Below, in pieces: positions 18,859 to 27,563 of a DNA stretch of 32,000 nucleotides (position 1 is its first letter; each line of letters begins with the position of its first letter). Both the position numbers and the translations under genes were made by a program. This stretch comes from Candidatus Thorarchaeota archaeon (GTDB lineage: Archaea; Asgardarchaeota; Thorarchaeia; Thorarchaeales; Thorarchaeaceae), in the NCBI GenBank assembly GCA_008080745.1, contig SHMX01000010.1:40141-72140 (forward strand). The letters run 5' to 3'. The notes below the pieces were generated by a model. It was not told where the DNA came from, did no database searches, and worked only from the letters and a program-made list of their open reading frames with translations.

Positions 18859-18971
18859 AATAATTCCCAATCTTAGAAAATCACACCTCTTCTTTTAGAT
18901 TCCGCTTCGTAGTATTCTTAATTAGGACATGTATATTTTCGAATCACAGCCAATCACAGGAATTACATCAT

Positions 18972-19553
18972 ATGGATTATTTGATTATATCTTGGGAGGA
19001 AGTATACAACCTCACCTTGCGGCTATCAGAACAGGTTGCCAATAGTGGATTCAAACCAAATGTGATTGTTGGTATTGCTAGAGGTGGATGGATTCCTGCT
19101 AGAATTCTTTCGGATGTCTTGTACACTAGTACCATGTGGAATGTTCGTATCGAGTACTATAGTGACTTGGGAAGACGTGGGCGTGAACCAAAAATCACTC
19201 AGCCTATCTCCGTATCGATTAAGGATAAGAGTGTCCTCATAGTGGATGAGGTTGCTGACACTGGGGATAGTCTAGAACATGCTGTTCAGTATATCAAGGA
19301 TCAAGGTGTGGGTACTGTTCGAACCGCAGTTTTACATCTAAAACCCACCTCAAAAATAACCCCAGATTTTTATTGTCAAATCGTAGACTCTTGGACAGTT
19401 TATCCATGGGAACAACGTGAATCTATCATTTCTCTGGTTAAAATTTTCAAAAACGAGGATCCCTCGCTGGATATGAAACAAATCAGAGATAAATTGGTTT
19501 TTGAAGTCGGGTTTGATCCTACAGTGGCTGATTACTTTATTAAACGGTTATAA
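18972..19553 (+). CDS. Type I phosphoribosyltransferase (purine PRT-like)
   Basis: IVGIARGGWIPA and PRPP-binding loop VLIVDEVADTGDSL, then W.VYPWE. Confidence 0.88.
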   Translation: MDYLIISWEEVYNLTLRLSEQVANSGFKPNVIVGIARGGWIPARILSDVLYTSTMWNVRIEYYSDLGRRGREPKITQPISVSIKDKSVLIVDEVADTGDSLEHAVQYIKDQGVGTVRTAVLHLKPTSKITPDFYCQIVDSWTVYPWEQRESIISLVKIFKNEDPSLDMKQIRDKLVFEVGFDPTVADYFIKRL

Positions 19554-19569
19554 TCGCGAGTTGTTAATT

Positions 19570-20148
19570 GTGATAGAAAGACTGTATCACCCAACAGAAC
19601 AGTATTTTGTTGGAATTACGGAAATTAGAAATAACCACAATTTGACAACTGCGGATTTGTTAGGACTTACACAAGACAATAAGGATGGCATCTTGGCAGT
19701 ACAATTTCTTAGTTCCCAACTGATTGCCGGCACATCTCATCTGATGTCAGCTGCACAGAATGCTTTGAATGCTTATCATGGAGAGTATATGATATCCCGC
19801 AGTTTGAATGTAGAGATCATTCTGTATGCCTCTGCTCAGAGGCAGATTTCGGTTGCCTTTGAAAAATTTGGGTTGGCCGATAATTTGGAGCGTGTGGCAT
19901 TGGTTATTATCGGTACCGATCCTCAGCTAGTGGAAACAAATTTGAACTCAATTATTGAACGCGTTGGCACGCCTCTTTCTACACCATTTGCCCCATCAGA
20001 TGAACGAATCTTGCACATTTTGGAGTATTTTGACATTGGGTCTCCTGAGCTATCTGCACTCACATCGAAAAAAGATATACAATCACGCTACCAAGCTCTT
20101 ACACGATGTGTCTGTAGTAGGGTTTCTTTGGTAGCTGTGGATTCATAA
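19570..20148 (+). CDS. cgi121: KEOPS complex subunit Cgi121
   Basis: HLMSAAQNALNA, ISRSLNVEIILYASAQRQIS.A...FGL. Start GTG 19570 or TTG 19561, after the PRT stop at 19553. Confidence 0.85.
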   Translation: MIERLYHPTEQYFVGITEIRNNHNLTTADLLGLTQDNKDGILAVQFLSSQLIAGTSHLMSAAQNALNAYHGEYMISRSLNVEIILYASAQRQISVAFEKFGLADNLERVALVIIGTDPQLVETNLNSIIERVGTPLSTPFAPSDERILHILEYFDIGSPELSALTSKKDIQSRYQALTRCVCSRVSLVAVDS

Positions 20149-20153
20149 ATCAA

Positions 20154-20717
20154 CTAGTACTGGTCGTCTCTCATTGTCATTATGGAAAGAATATCCTCTT
20201 CTTCATTGAGTACTGATACCCCCGCCCATTCGCCAACAACCTCAACCCATACGTGTTTGTCAGCATTATCTAGGTCTACCTCTCTATCGACCTTATTTGC
20301 AATCGCGCTCACTATATCCATATGTTCAATATCTGTGTGTCTCCTCCTTACTGTAACACGATATGTTTCTTCTTCTCCTATTTTGTGTAATAGTTCTTCA
20401 GCGGCTTCAGTTATTGCATCCAAATCTGCTTCTACACATTGCTCAAGTGGGGTTATTCTGAGCGCAAAACGAAATTGGTAGGGGTTTTCTTCTGCAAACT
20501 CTAATAGTTGATGTACTACTTCAATTGGATCTAAAGATGTTCTGGCTGCTAATAATCCCGAAACGTGGGTTTTGGATATTTTCAGGTCCTCGTCACCTAT
20601 CAGGTCTCCTACAAAATATTGCATCTCAGACCGTGCAGCTCGTTCTCGTTCGCGTGGGCATCCAATTAATAGGTTGTAAACTCTCAGTCTGTTCTCCTCA
20701 CATATCTGCATAGACAA
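20154..20717 (-). CDS. THUMP-domain RNA-binding protein
   Basis: TYRVTVRRRH, VDLDNADKHVWVEVVG, SGLL, and P PL motifs typical of stand-alone archaeal THUMP proteins. Overlaps the Sua5 3' end. Start uncertain. Confidence 0.8.
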   Translation of the reverse strand: MSMQICEENRLRVYNLLIGCPRERERAARSEMQYFVGDLIGDEDLKISKTHVSGLLAARTSLDPIEVVHQLLEFAEENPYQFRFALRITPLEQCVEADLDAITEAAEELLHKIGEEETYRVTVRRRHTDIEHMDIVSAIANKVDREVDLDNADKHVWVEVVGEWAGVSVLNEEEDILSIMTMRDDQY

Positions 20718-21384
20718 TTCTTGATGTCCATAGCTTCAGTGCATCAGAATCTACCTTCAAAGTTTCTGACAGGTCATTAATGGTTAGTTGTCCTTCTCGA
20801 TAGACTTTGATACTTCCCTCTTCTTCAACGCCAATTATTGTAGAATTCTTGTCTGAATCTGAGGGTCCACAATCAATGTACAAGTCTACATCATCACCTA
20901 GCTGTTCCCGGGCAGTTTGAATATCAAATGGACTCGAACCCCCGGTCCTGTTTGCACTGGTTCCAACTATAGGTGCTCCTAATCCTTTTGCCAGACCTCG
21001 TGGAATCGGATGATTGGGTACCCGGATTGCAAGTGAGGTTCGATTTCCTGTAATATGTTCTGGGAGTGTTTCTATTGGTGTAACAACCATCGTAAGCATG
21101 CCAGGCCAAAACAGACGAGCAAGTACCTTCTCTAGACTACCCATGTCTGCATATTTCTCACACTGGTCGAGATCTGCAAAAAGCAGGGGCACTCCCATTC
21201 CTGCATCTCTCCGTTTAATGTCGAGTAATCTAGAAATGGCCTCTTCATTACGGGGATCGCAGGCAATTCCATAGCTGGTATCGGTGGGATAAACAATAAT
21301 GCCTCCCTCTTTTAGCACCTCTACTCCTCTATCTATGGCATCATCATAGTTATCATCTGTTGCTACAATGACTTCAGCTGTCAC
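20698..21384 (-). CDS. sua5: L-threonylcarbamoyladenylate synthase, short TsaC/YrdC form
   Basis: VYPTDTSYGI, IKRR, FWPGMLT, AIRVPNHP, GTSANRTG, STII. No C-terminal Sua5 domain. Likely start GTG 21384; track start 21465 overlaps the divergent gene. Confidence 0.9.
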   Translation of the reverse strand: MTAEVIVATDDNYDDAIDRGVEVLKEGGIIVYPTDTSYGIACDPRNEEAISRLLDIKRRDAGMGVPLLFADLDQCEKYADMGSLEKVLARLFWPGMLTMVVTPIETLPEHITGNRTSLAIRVPNHPIPRGLAKGLGAPIVGTSANRTGGSSPFDIQTAREQLGDDVDLYIDCGPSDSDKNSTIIGVEEEGSIKVYREGQLTINDLSETLKVDSDALKLWTSRIVYADM

Positions 21385-21418
21385 AGGAATCACGGTTTCT
21401 TGATACACAAACATACAT

Positions 21419-22480
21419 ATGAAGGTTACAACAAAGGCACATTGTTCAAGAATTGGAGGTTTCAAGATTCAATCGGTCATACTGGCTGCAGGTCGTGGTG
21501 AACGTCTTAGTCCCATCACCAATACCCGTCCCAAATCTCTAATTCGCTTATGTGGTCAATCTATTCTTGAACGTCTTCTAAACACTTGCTCTCAAGTTGG
21601 AATTAATGACTTTATTATTGGTCTTGGATATCGGGGGCATCAGATTCAAGAACACCTTAAAGGAAGCAAATTTGCTGATAACATCCATTTTGTGGAGGTT
21701 GAGAAATACGAAATTGGCCCCCTCCAGACATTGACCAGCTGTCTTGAACAAGTTGATGATGCTCCTGTCCTTGTGCTTCCCTCCGATCTAGTAACGGCTG
21801 AAGAACTCTTACAATCTTTCATTGATGCCAAGGTAAACATCGGTTCTCTTGATGCGATTTTAGGTGTAATGGCATCAGGGGACAAATCCCAAGTCCATAT
21901 TGATGATTCGGGAACTATTTTGGGGATTGGGAATGACTCGGGTGATTATACTCAATCCCTCTCTTCAGCAATGCTTCTTCTTATCTCCCAGAATTTCTTT
22001 TCAAAATTGCAAACTGCACTAGATGACGGATGCACTAGAGTAAGTGATGCATTAAATTATTGGATTCATAGAGGTACTAAGATAGGGTCGGAAATGGTTG
22101 ATGGCTTTTGCTATGATTTGGATAACCCCCCAACTCTTTTACAAGCTACAAAGTTCCTTCTTGAATCGAAGACTGTCAAACCTAATGGAATTCACGTGCC
22201 CAAGGGCGATGTAATGGAAATTGGTGATGCTATTCATTTATCAAATGGCCTCTCTCTCTATCCGGGTGTTTCATTAAAGGGGCCCTTGTACATAGATGCT
22301 GGCTGTATCATAGAAGCCTCGTGTGAAGTTGGGCCCTCCGTGAGTCTTGATTGCAGAACTATAGTAAAAACAAATAGTGTCCTTAGCGATATGATATCGG
22401 TTGGTAACGTTACATTACCATCAAATAGTCACATCCAAAATGCTGTTGTCTATGATAATCAGGTTCTTCGAGGTTTATAG
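21419..22480 (+). CDS. Sugar-phosphate nucleotidyltransferase with C-terminal left-handed beta-helix-like repeats
   Basis: VILAAGRGERL.P.T..RPK.L, DLDNP, C-terminal hexapeptide-like repeats. True start may be ATT 21467 (see findings). Confidence 0.85.
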   Translation: MKVTTKAHCSRIGGFKIQSVILAAGRGERLSPITNTRPKSLIRLCGQSILERLLNTCSQVGINDFIIGLGYRGHQIQEHLKGSKFADNIHFVEVEKYEIGPLQTLTSCLEQVDDAPVLVLPSDLVTAEELLQSFIDAKVNIGSLDAILGVMASGDKSQVHIDDSGTILGIGNDSGDYTQSLSSAMLLLISQNFFSKLQTALDDGCTRVSDALNYWIHRGTKIGSEMVDGFCYDLDNPPTLLQATKFLLESKTVKPNGIHVPKGDVMEIGDAIHLSNGLSLYPGVSLKGPLYIDAGCIIEASCEVGPSVSLDCRTIVKTNSVLSDMISVGNVTLPSNSHIQNAVVYDNQVLRGL

Positions 22481-22481
22481 A

Positions 22482-23099
22482 ATGCCAAGTAGGTTCAGAG
22501 TTCGTGGTATATTTCGAGGCCTGGTATTGAGAATTGCGAAGCCTCTTGCAACCAAGGGCACGCATCCAAACACCGTCACTTATTTCACATTGCTTCTAGC
22601 ATTATTCGCGCTCCTTTCTCTGAAGATGACCTATTCTCCCCAAATATATGGTGTATTTGTTTTTCTTGTTGGACTCTTTGATGGTGTAGATGGAGCAGTT
22701 GCCCGTCTGGGTGAAAAAAGATCCCCTTCTGGTGGATTCGTTGATTCAGTAGTGGATAAAGTTGCTGAGATGCTCATCATATTTGCTATCATCATTACGT
22801 ATCCGTCGCAAACCTTTCTTTCATTATCCATCCCCTCCTGGGCCTTCCTCTGTTTATCTGGATGGTTACTAACCAGTTATACCCGATCAAGAGCTGAATC
22901 TGCAGGAGTCACTGATTTAGATATTGGACTTGGGGGACGATCAGAACGCCTACTCACTTTGGTTATATTTTCTCTTTTAGGAATCATTCTATTTGGTCTG
23001 ATGGTCGTGACTATTATGGGTCTTCTCACCGCAGCATATCGGTATTATCACTATCAGAATGAACTAATTCGATTTACACAGAGTGACCATTATATTTAA
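22482..23099 (+). CDS. CDP-alcohol phosphatidyltransferase (archaetidylinositol-phosphate synthase-like)
   Basis: HPNTVT, DGVDGAVAR..S..GGFVDSVVD, SYTRSRAE, GGRSERL. ATG at 22482 immediately follows the upstream stop. Confidence 0.88.
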   Translation: MPSRFRVRGIFRGLVLRIAKPLATKGTHPNTVTYFTLLLALFALLSLKMTYSPQIYGVFVFLVGLFDGVDGAVARLGEKRSPSGGFVDSVVDKVAEMLIIFAIIITYPSQTFLSLSIPSWAFLCLSGWLLTSYTRSRAESAGVTDLDIGLGGRSERLLTLVIFSLLGIILFGLMVVTIMGLLTAAYRYYHYQNELIRFTQSDHYI

Positions 23100-23150
23100 G
23101 AGTCAAGTGTGGCTCGCGGCTCTCAAATACTCACTGGAGACTATCTCATT

Positions 23151-23570
23151 ATGGCCATTTTTAGGGCAGACCATTATCTCATCGCGGAGTTCAAGGATAT
23201 TGAAGACACAAAGACTTCAGGACAGAAAGTTCTGGATGCACTCTCAGAAATGTCCGAATTGAAAGACTTAGCCATTGTTTCAAAACGATTAGAAGGCAAA
23301 CAGTGGTCTGAAATCCTTGGCAGAATTGATGTATCCGCCGGATCCAAGGCATTCTGGGCTATGATTAAGAAGGATGTGTCAGAACGTGAACCCTACAATC
23401 TTTTCATACGTTTTGATAGAAATGCCGAGGCCGAAACCATTGAGGAAGCCCGTGAAAAAGTAAAAACATGGGTTGAATCTGAGATTGTACCGAAAATCAA
23501 ATCAAAGATTGCCGTGAAGACCATAAAGGTACTACAACCAAATGAAGTCTTCATGCCCAAACTAGAGTAG
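23151..23570 (+). CDS. Hypothetical protein
   Basis: Long ORF; ATG 23151 preceded by GGAGA. No motif recognised. Confidence 0.6.
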   Translation: MAIFRADHYLIAEFKDIEDTKTSGQKVLDALSEMSELKDLAIVSKRLEGKQWSEILGRIDVSAGSKAFWAMIKKDVSEREPYNLFIRFDRNAEAETIEEAREKVKTWVESEIVPKIKSKIAVKTIKVLQPNEVFMPKLE

Positions 23571-23575
23571 ACCGA

Positions 23576-24583
23576 TCAAAATTTTGGACGAATGATGGAG
23601 AGATTGTTCCCAACAGCTTGGACAATCTCCCTGTTTCCATTTCCATCGATGTCTCCCACTGCTATCATAGATTCAATCGATTTTTTCATCGTCTTGATTT
23701 TTCCATTCAAAACAAGCTCATTGTCTTTAAATTCTAGAATATGAATTGTTGAGTCTCCAAGACTTAGAAGTAGCTGTATATCTTCGGGCTCTCCGTAGAA
23801 GTGACTGAATAGCAATGATGTTATGGGTGATTTTGTTTTGTATTTGGCTATTGCCTCCAGCTCATTCTTTCCTATCCCAAATAGGGTTAGAGTATTACCA
23901 TCAGATACTGTGGCAATTTCGTAATTTCTATCTGAATTGATATTTCCCGTTGCCACAAGCATGAGCTCACCACCCACCTTACTCTTTGCTATCTCATGTA
24001 ACCTGTCGTCAGCGTATTGGTATACATAGAGGTAACCCATTTCATCACCAAAGACAAATCTACTATAAGCCAATCCCCTGCTTCTAAGGGGCGCCATGGA
24101 AAAGGTGGGTCTCTCTACCACCTTGTGAGCCAATTTATCCAGGCAGGAATGGAACCAACCATAGCAACGAATTGCTCTGTCATTGGTAGATACAATAACT
24201 TCAGCTCCTCCTTCACCCATTACATTCGTAACACAGATTGCTGTTGGAATCGTACCTAAAGGAGTGCTTGCCTTACTGGCAAGTTCCTTTCCATCAAAAG
24301 CAATAACTTGTAGCATATTGTCAAGGGTCCCCACCACAAGTTCGTCTATTCCATTGTCTAAGATGTCTCCAAATCCTACAGCTGCAACAGGTGGAAGACC
24401 TCCTGTCTTACAGACTTCCTTGACCTCTTCTTGTGTCCCGGAACCAAGATGGAATACTCTTAGGTCTCCGTTCATTGTGGTGATTACGAGTTCCTTCTTA
24501 CCATCCCTCGTTAGGTCTGTAAGCTCGATTGAGGTAATAGCTTCTCTGAACATCACTTCTGAAGTTTTTACTAAATCAATCAT
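23576..24583 (-). CDS. Cytoplasmic FG-GAP-repeat beta-propeller protein
   Basis: Repeats DLTRDGKKELVI, GDILDNGIDELVV, NVMGEGGAEVIV, GNINSDRNYEIAT, GDIDGNGNREIV. No signal peptide or TM helix. ATG 24583 preceded by GAGGT. Confidence 0.75.
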   Translation of the reverse strand: MIDLVKTSEVMFREAITSIELTDLTRDGKKELVITTMNGDLRVFHLGSGTQEEVKEVCKTGGLPPVAAVGFGDILDNGIDELVVGTLDNMLQVIAFDGKELASKASTPLGTIPTAICVTNVMGEGGAEVIVSTNDRAIRCYGWFHSCLDKLAHKVVERPTFSMAPLRSRGLAYSRFVFGDEMGYLYVYQYADDRLHEIAKSKVGGELMLVATGNINSDRNYEIATVSDGNTLTLFGIGKNELEAIAKYKTKSPITSLLFSHFYGEPEDIQLLLSLGDSTIHILEFKDNELVLNGKIKTMKKSIESMIAVGDIDGNGNREIVQAVGNNLSIIRPKF

Positions 24584-24728
24584 GGGAACAGACCTCGGGC
24601 TGGAAGAGCTTTGAAATATCAATCATTCTATGAGCAATTTAAGAGTTATTGCAGTATTCTAGAGCAACAATTTTGTTTAATATGTTGGTGCTTAAAAGAC
24701 CATTTTTAGTACTATCCTATGAACCATC

Positions 24729-25271
24729 TTGTCCGATTTTCCAAGATTGACTTCTGATTACTGGCTTGAAGATGATTCTACGGTGGCAGAAGAGATTCAA
24801 TTATTTATTGAGGAATTTGGATCCTTTAGTCCTGATTGGTTTGTAGAGATTAATTTCCATTTATTACGAGCTGATGGGCTGGTAAAAGAATCAAAATCAC
24901 AATTTTGTGCTCTGGCACAGTTTGAAGAGAATTGTCAATCCTGTGACGACCTTTACAAAGCAAAGCATTGTCCTCTATGGTACAATCTCTTCCGATTGGT
25001 AAAATGGCATCTTCTACGTCGCGCCCCTCCTTGCATTCGAATCGCCTATATCAGGAAGCAAATTCGTGTAGTGGTCGACTTTCTTGTCCAAGCAAATCTA
25101 CTTGAGCCTCCCTTTTACCACTCTCAAGTTGGGCTTAGCTGTGGCTATCTGGCTGAATGGAATTTCTGTCAACCTGACCGATATTGCCGTTTTCTCACCT
25201 GTAATAGTCCACTCAATTATTCCATAACGCGTAACAGAATTAAACAGAATCAGATCATCGAAACAAAATAA
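24729..25271 (+). CDS. Cys-rich protein resembling the C-terminal Fe-S domain of primase large subunit (PriL-CTD)
   Basis: APPCI followed by LSCGYLAEWNFCQPDRYCRFLTCNSPLNY (C-x8-C-x5-C..PLxY). Additional N-terminal Cys cluster. TTG start. Confidence 0.5.
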   Translation: MSDFPRLTSDYWLEDDSTVAEEIQLFIEEFGSFSPDWFVEINFHLLRADGLVKESKSQFCALAQFEENCQSCDDLYKAKHCPLWYNLFRLVKWHLLRRAPPCIRIAYIRKQIRVVVDFLVQANLLEPPFYHSQVGLSCGYLAEWNFCQPDRYCRFLTCNSPLNYSITRNRIKQNQIIETK

Positions 25272-25321
25272 CACCTCTCTTATATACTTCCATGCAATTA
25301 TTTTCAAAGAGAGGATGGTGT

Positions 25322-26887
25322 ATGCCCAAAAAACAACCGGGGCAGCAGGCAAAAGAATCGGTACATGGCACTGTTGCAGACCAACCCGTAGATGTTGAAA
25401 CCATAAAATTGGTTCGTGTGACCGGTATGCGTGAGAAGGACCTGGTTGATGCCAAAACAAAAAATGATAGTACTTGGAAACGTATTCAACGAATCCAGTC
25501 TGATCATTTCAAGCTACTATCAAAAACAGAATCACATACTCGCCAGAAGGCCATCCAAGATCCTGTTCACGGGGCAATCATATTTGATCCCTGGGAGCTG
25601 GACCTCCTGTCTGACTGGGAAATTCTTCGTCTACGATTTGTCAAACAACTTGGTCCTGCTCATATAGTATACCCAGGAGCTACGCACACACGTTTTCAGC
25701 ACTGTCTTGGCACTAATTTTCTTGCTCAGAAATGTGTACGTGTAGTAAATTTTTGTGATGATTTGGACAATGTGTATTTTCAACCCCTTTCACACCTTCT
25801 TGACGAGTACCAACAGAAAATTTTTCGAGCTGCCGCACTTCTTCATGATGTAGGTCACCCTCCCACCTCGCATACTATTGAGTTCGCTTTGGCGAGCTGG
25901 GCTGGTCTGGATCATACCGATTTAGGAACATTTCTAATTCTAAATAGTGGGGTGACTGAGATCTTAGAACGCCATGACATTAATCCTAACACTATTGTAG
26001 ATGTACTGAAACGACGTTCTAAAGATCCTGTTTTGATGCTTCTATCTGATTTCATAGATAGTCCGCTTGACATTGATAAGACTGATTATCTAATTCGAGA
26101 TGCACATTTCAGTGGTGTTCAACTGGGTGTGTTTCCCGCGGAACGTGTTTTGCTTACTAATCGTGTTGTAAGGGACAAGAGGGGAAAATACCATCGAGCA
26201 TTTATGCTTAAGGCGCTTCATTCCCTAGAAGCTCTTATTCTGAGTAGAAATTGGATGTTTGCGAGTCTGTATCTTCATCATGCAGTAAGGGTTGCAGAGG
26301 CTCTTGTGTCTAAAGCCACATACTTCCGAATTAAAGAGGAACAACTTACTAAGAATGAGTGTATAGGTCTCTTTACCCGTATGACCGATTCAGACCTCTA
26401 TTCTTGGCTTGGAGAATCTGAAACTGATTTCATTCGTGAATATGCTGCACGTATTCGGTACAGGCGTCTTTTCAAAGTTGTTTTATCTCGTCCTCTCATG
26501 TCTTTTGAAAATGATACGAAAGATTTGTTCATGGCAATGCTTACCGATATTGAGGCCCTCATCGATAACGAAATCGAACTGGGTGGAGAAGTTGGGAATG
26601 TTGTAATCGATGTAGTAAATCCTGCATTGGGTGAAAAAAGCTTAGGTCAAATTCCTCTCTTGGTAGGTGGTGAAAACAGTGGATTGGAGATAGTTCGAAT
26701 GAACAAGACCCAGGAGGGAAAACCACTAATCCATGCTCTTCGCCAACAGAAGCGGATAATTCCCTCGGTTAGAGTATATTCGGATCCAGATATTTCCACA
26801 AAGATTCGTGAGCGATTCAATAAGATGTATCCACTAAAGAGAAAAGCTCGATATCGCCAAGATGAATATGATATGACCGAGACCTGA
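25322..26887 (+). CDS. HD-superfamily phosphohydrolase, SAMHD1/dNTP triphosphohydrolase-like
   Basis: DPVHG, RLRFVKQLG...VYPGATHTRFQHCLG, AALLHDVGH..SH..E, DIDKTDYLIRDAHFSG, RRLFK. ATG 25322 preceded by GAGGA; TATA-like TTATATAC at about 25280. Confidence 0.88.
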   Translation: MPKKQPGQQAKESVHGTVADQPVDVETIKLVRVTGMREKDLVDAKTKNDSTWKRIQRIQSDHFKLLSKTESHTRQKAIQDPVHGAIIFDPWELDLLSDWEILRLRFVKQLGPAHIVYPGATHTRFQHCLGTNFLAQKCVRVVNFCDDLDNVYFQPLSHLLDEYQQKIFRAAALLHDVGHPPTSHTIEFALASWAGLDHTDLGTFLILNSGVTEILERHDINPNTIVDVLKRRSKDPVLMLLSDFIDSPLDIDKTDYLIRDAHFSGVQLGVFPAERVLLTNRVVRDKRGKYHRAFMLKALHSLEALILSRNWMFASLYLHHAVRVAEALVSKATYFRIKEEQLTKNECIGLFTRMTDSDLYSWLGESETDFIREYAARIRYRRLFKVVLSRPLMSFENDTKDLFMAMLTDIEALIDNEIELGGEVGNVVIDVVNPALGEKSLGQIPLLVGGENSGLEIVRMNKTQEGKPLIHALRQQKRIIPSVRVYSDPDISTKIRERFNKMYPLKRKARYRQDEYDMTET

Positions 26888-26888
26888 A

Positions 26889-27563
26889 TCAAATGATTTG
26901 CTGAACAAGCTTTCTTGTCTTATCATATCCATGATTTAGATAGATGATTCCGTAGATGGCTTCCAACAATGTTCCCTTATCATGGTTCATCTCAGATGCC
27001 GATGGTGCATCTGGGTCAAAATGAATCCGATGTTCGTAAAGCTCCCAATTGTCACAAATGCTACTCATATGTTCATTGCTTACAATCTCTGCACGTTTTA
27101 GAGTCATTGAACCTGCATTTGTTTCCTCGGGGGGCCAGATATAATGGATGACACTAAGAGATATTGCGGCATCTCCAATTAGAGCAAGCAGTTCAGCCCT
27201 GTCACTTAGGGTAGTGAGCACATCAAAGTAGTCATCTGATAGAGAATCATCATTCTCAAAATGAATCTTCATCTCCAGAAACAAATTCCTAGTACTTGGC
27301 TGGAATAGTGCGATAAAGACCTGTTCGTTATCTCTTAGCTTTATCTCTAGATTCTTCTCGAGTTTTGGAATGACCCTTCGCTTAATGGTGTCAATTCTTT
27401 TAAGGATAAAATCAATCTGATCAAGCCACTTGTTCAGTTTGTTCAGTGTTCGGGTGTTTTGTGATGGTGTGGATCTGATAGAATCATGTAGCTTATGTTC
27501 GAGAGTGTATAATCTATCTAAAAGATTAATCCTCTCCCAGGATAACTTCTTTGAAAATCTCAC
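26889..27563 (-). CDS. RNase III-domain protein lacking dsRBD
   Basis: ELLALIGDAAI (signature variant), GSMTLKRAEIVSN, KGTLLEAIYGIIYL..G. GTG start preceded by GGAGGT and overlapping the upstream stop (GTGA). Confidence 0.8.
   Translation of the reverse strand: MRFSKKLSWERINLLDRLYTLEHKLHDSIRSTPSQNTRTLNKLNKWLDQIDFILKRIDTIKRRVIPKLEKNLEIKLRDNEQVFIALFQPSTRNLFLEMKIHFENDDSLSDDYFDVLTTLSDRAELLALIGDAAISLSVIHYIWPPEETNAGSMTLKRAEIVSNEHMSSICDNWELYEHRIHFDPDAPSASEMNHDKGTLLEAIYGIIYLNHGYDKTRKLVQQII

Noticed and set aside
20924-20950. tRNA T-loop-like GGTTCGAGTCC on the minus strand
   Set aside because: Inside the sua5 coding sequence; T-stem does not pair fully and no cloverleaf forms.
21419-23099. IPCT/DIPPS di-myo-inositol-phosphate synthesis pair
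   Set aside because: The nucleotidyltransferase has a C-terminal beta-helix-like extension unlike the short IPCT, and the CDP-alcohol transferase looks like a lipid (AIP synthase-type) enzyme. Cannot be supported without searches.
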